Source of the DNA: a virus
Virus record (IMG/VR): IMGVR_UViG_3300045988_080839
Span: 1-60,599 of that record
Reading direction: 5' to 3' (one strand)
Length of the DNA: 60,599 nt
The notes under the pieces were generated by a model that was not told the DNA's origin, searched no databases, and was given only the letters and a program-made list of their open reading frames with translations. Position numbers and translations under genes: made by a program. Each line of letters starts with the position of its first letter. Positions within the stretch are counted from its first letter, which is position 1. Of this stretch, positions 60,480 to 60,599 are shown in pieces.

Positions 60480-60599
60480 TTAACCCACCTCTAATTTTTC
60501 ATTTTCGTTCACAATCAGCATAATCAACTGTGAATCAACCATTTCAGCAACCTTTGCCTGGTTATCATCGTCGAGTGACTCCGAATCATCAAGGAACAC
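60480..60599 (-). CDS. C-terminal end of the SbcC/Rad50-like ATPase that wraps from 1..1879
   Basis: Same frame as 1..1879 once the 55-nt overlap is removed. Ends ...IMLIVNENEKLEVG, and the TAA at 60480-60482 abuts the ATG of the next gene. Confidence 0.8.
   Translation of the reverse strand: MFLDDSESLDDDNQAKVAEMVDSQLIMLIVNENEKLEVG
60545..60599. repeat. Second copy of the 55-nt terminal repeat
   Basis: Exact match to 1..55. Confidence 0.95.

Noticed and set aside
1-60599. CRISPR array, diversity-generating retroelement or retron
   Set aside because: No regularly spaced repeats of 25-40 nt were seen anywhere. No reverse-transcriptase-like ORF exists, so the Ig-like and fibre genes have no template-repeat/RT partner.

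Overview
The window is a complete, circularly closed temperate siphovirus-type phage genome. The first 55 nt are identical to the last 55 nt, leaving about 60,544 bp of unique sequence. It is AT-rich, and its sporulation-related genes point to a Clostridia-like Firmicutes host. About 115 genes are packed almost end to end, nearly all on the minus strand.

Gene order, read in the minus-strand direction:
- Recombination and replication: an SbcC/Rad50-like ATPase that spans the contig junction, RecT, a split MBL-fold hydrolase, SSB, GIY-YIG and PD-(D/E)xK nucleases, an IS3-family insertion, YopX, a replisome organizer and a PP-loop enzyme.
- A large serine recombinase.
- A five-gene cargo operon of compositionally odd proteins that resemble spore-surface proteins.
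- Antirepressors.
- A small plus-strand island controlled by an RHH protein and its iterons.
- A candidate terS.
- An accessory island carrying tRNA-Ile(UAU) and about 1 kb of ORF-free sequence with tRNA-like modules.
- terL, portal, scaffold, capsid, connectors with an embedded holin, major tail protein, and a G/GT chaperone with a -1 frameshift.
- A GH25 lysin, the tape measure, a two-gene moron, and the distal tail and fibre genes.
- A CI/Cro switch.
- A Spo0A-C-like gene.

All functional calls rest on motifs read by eye from the translations. No database search was run.
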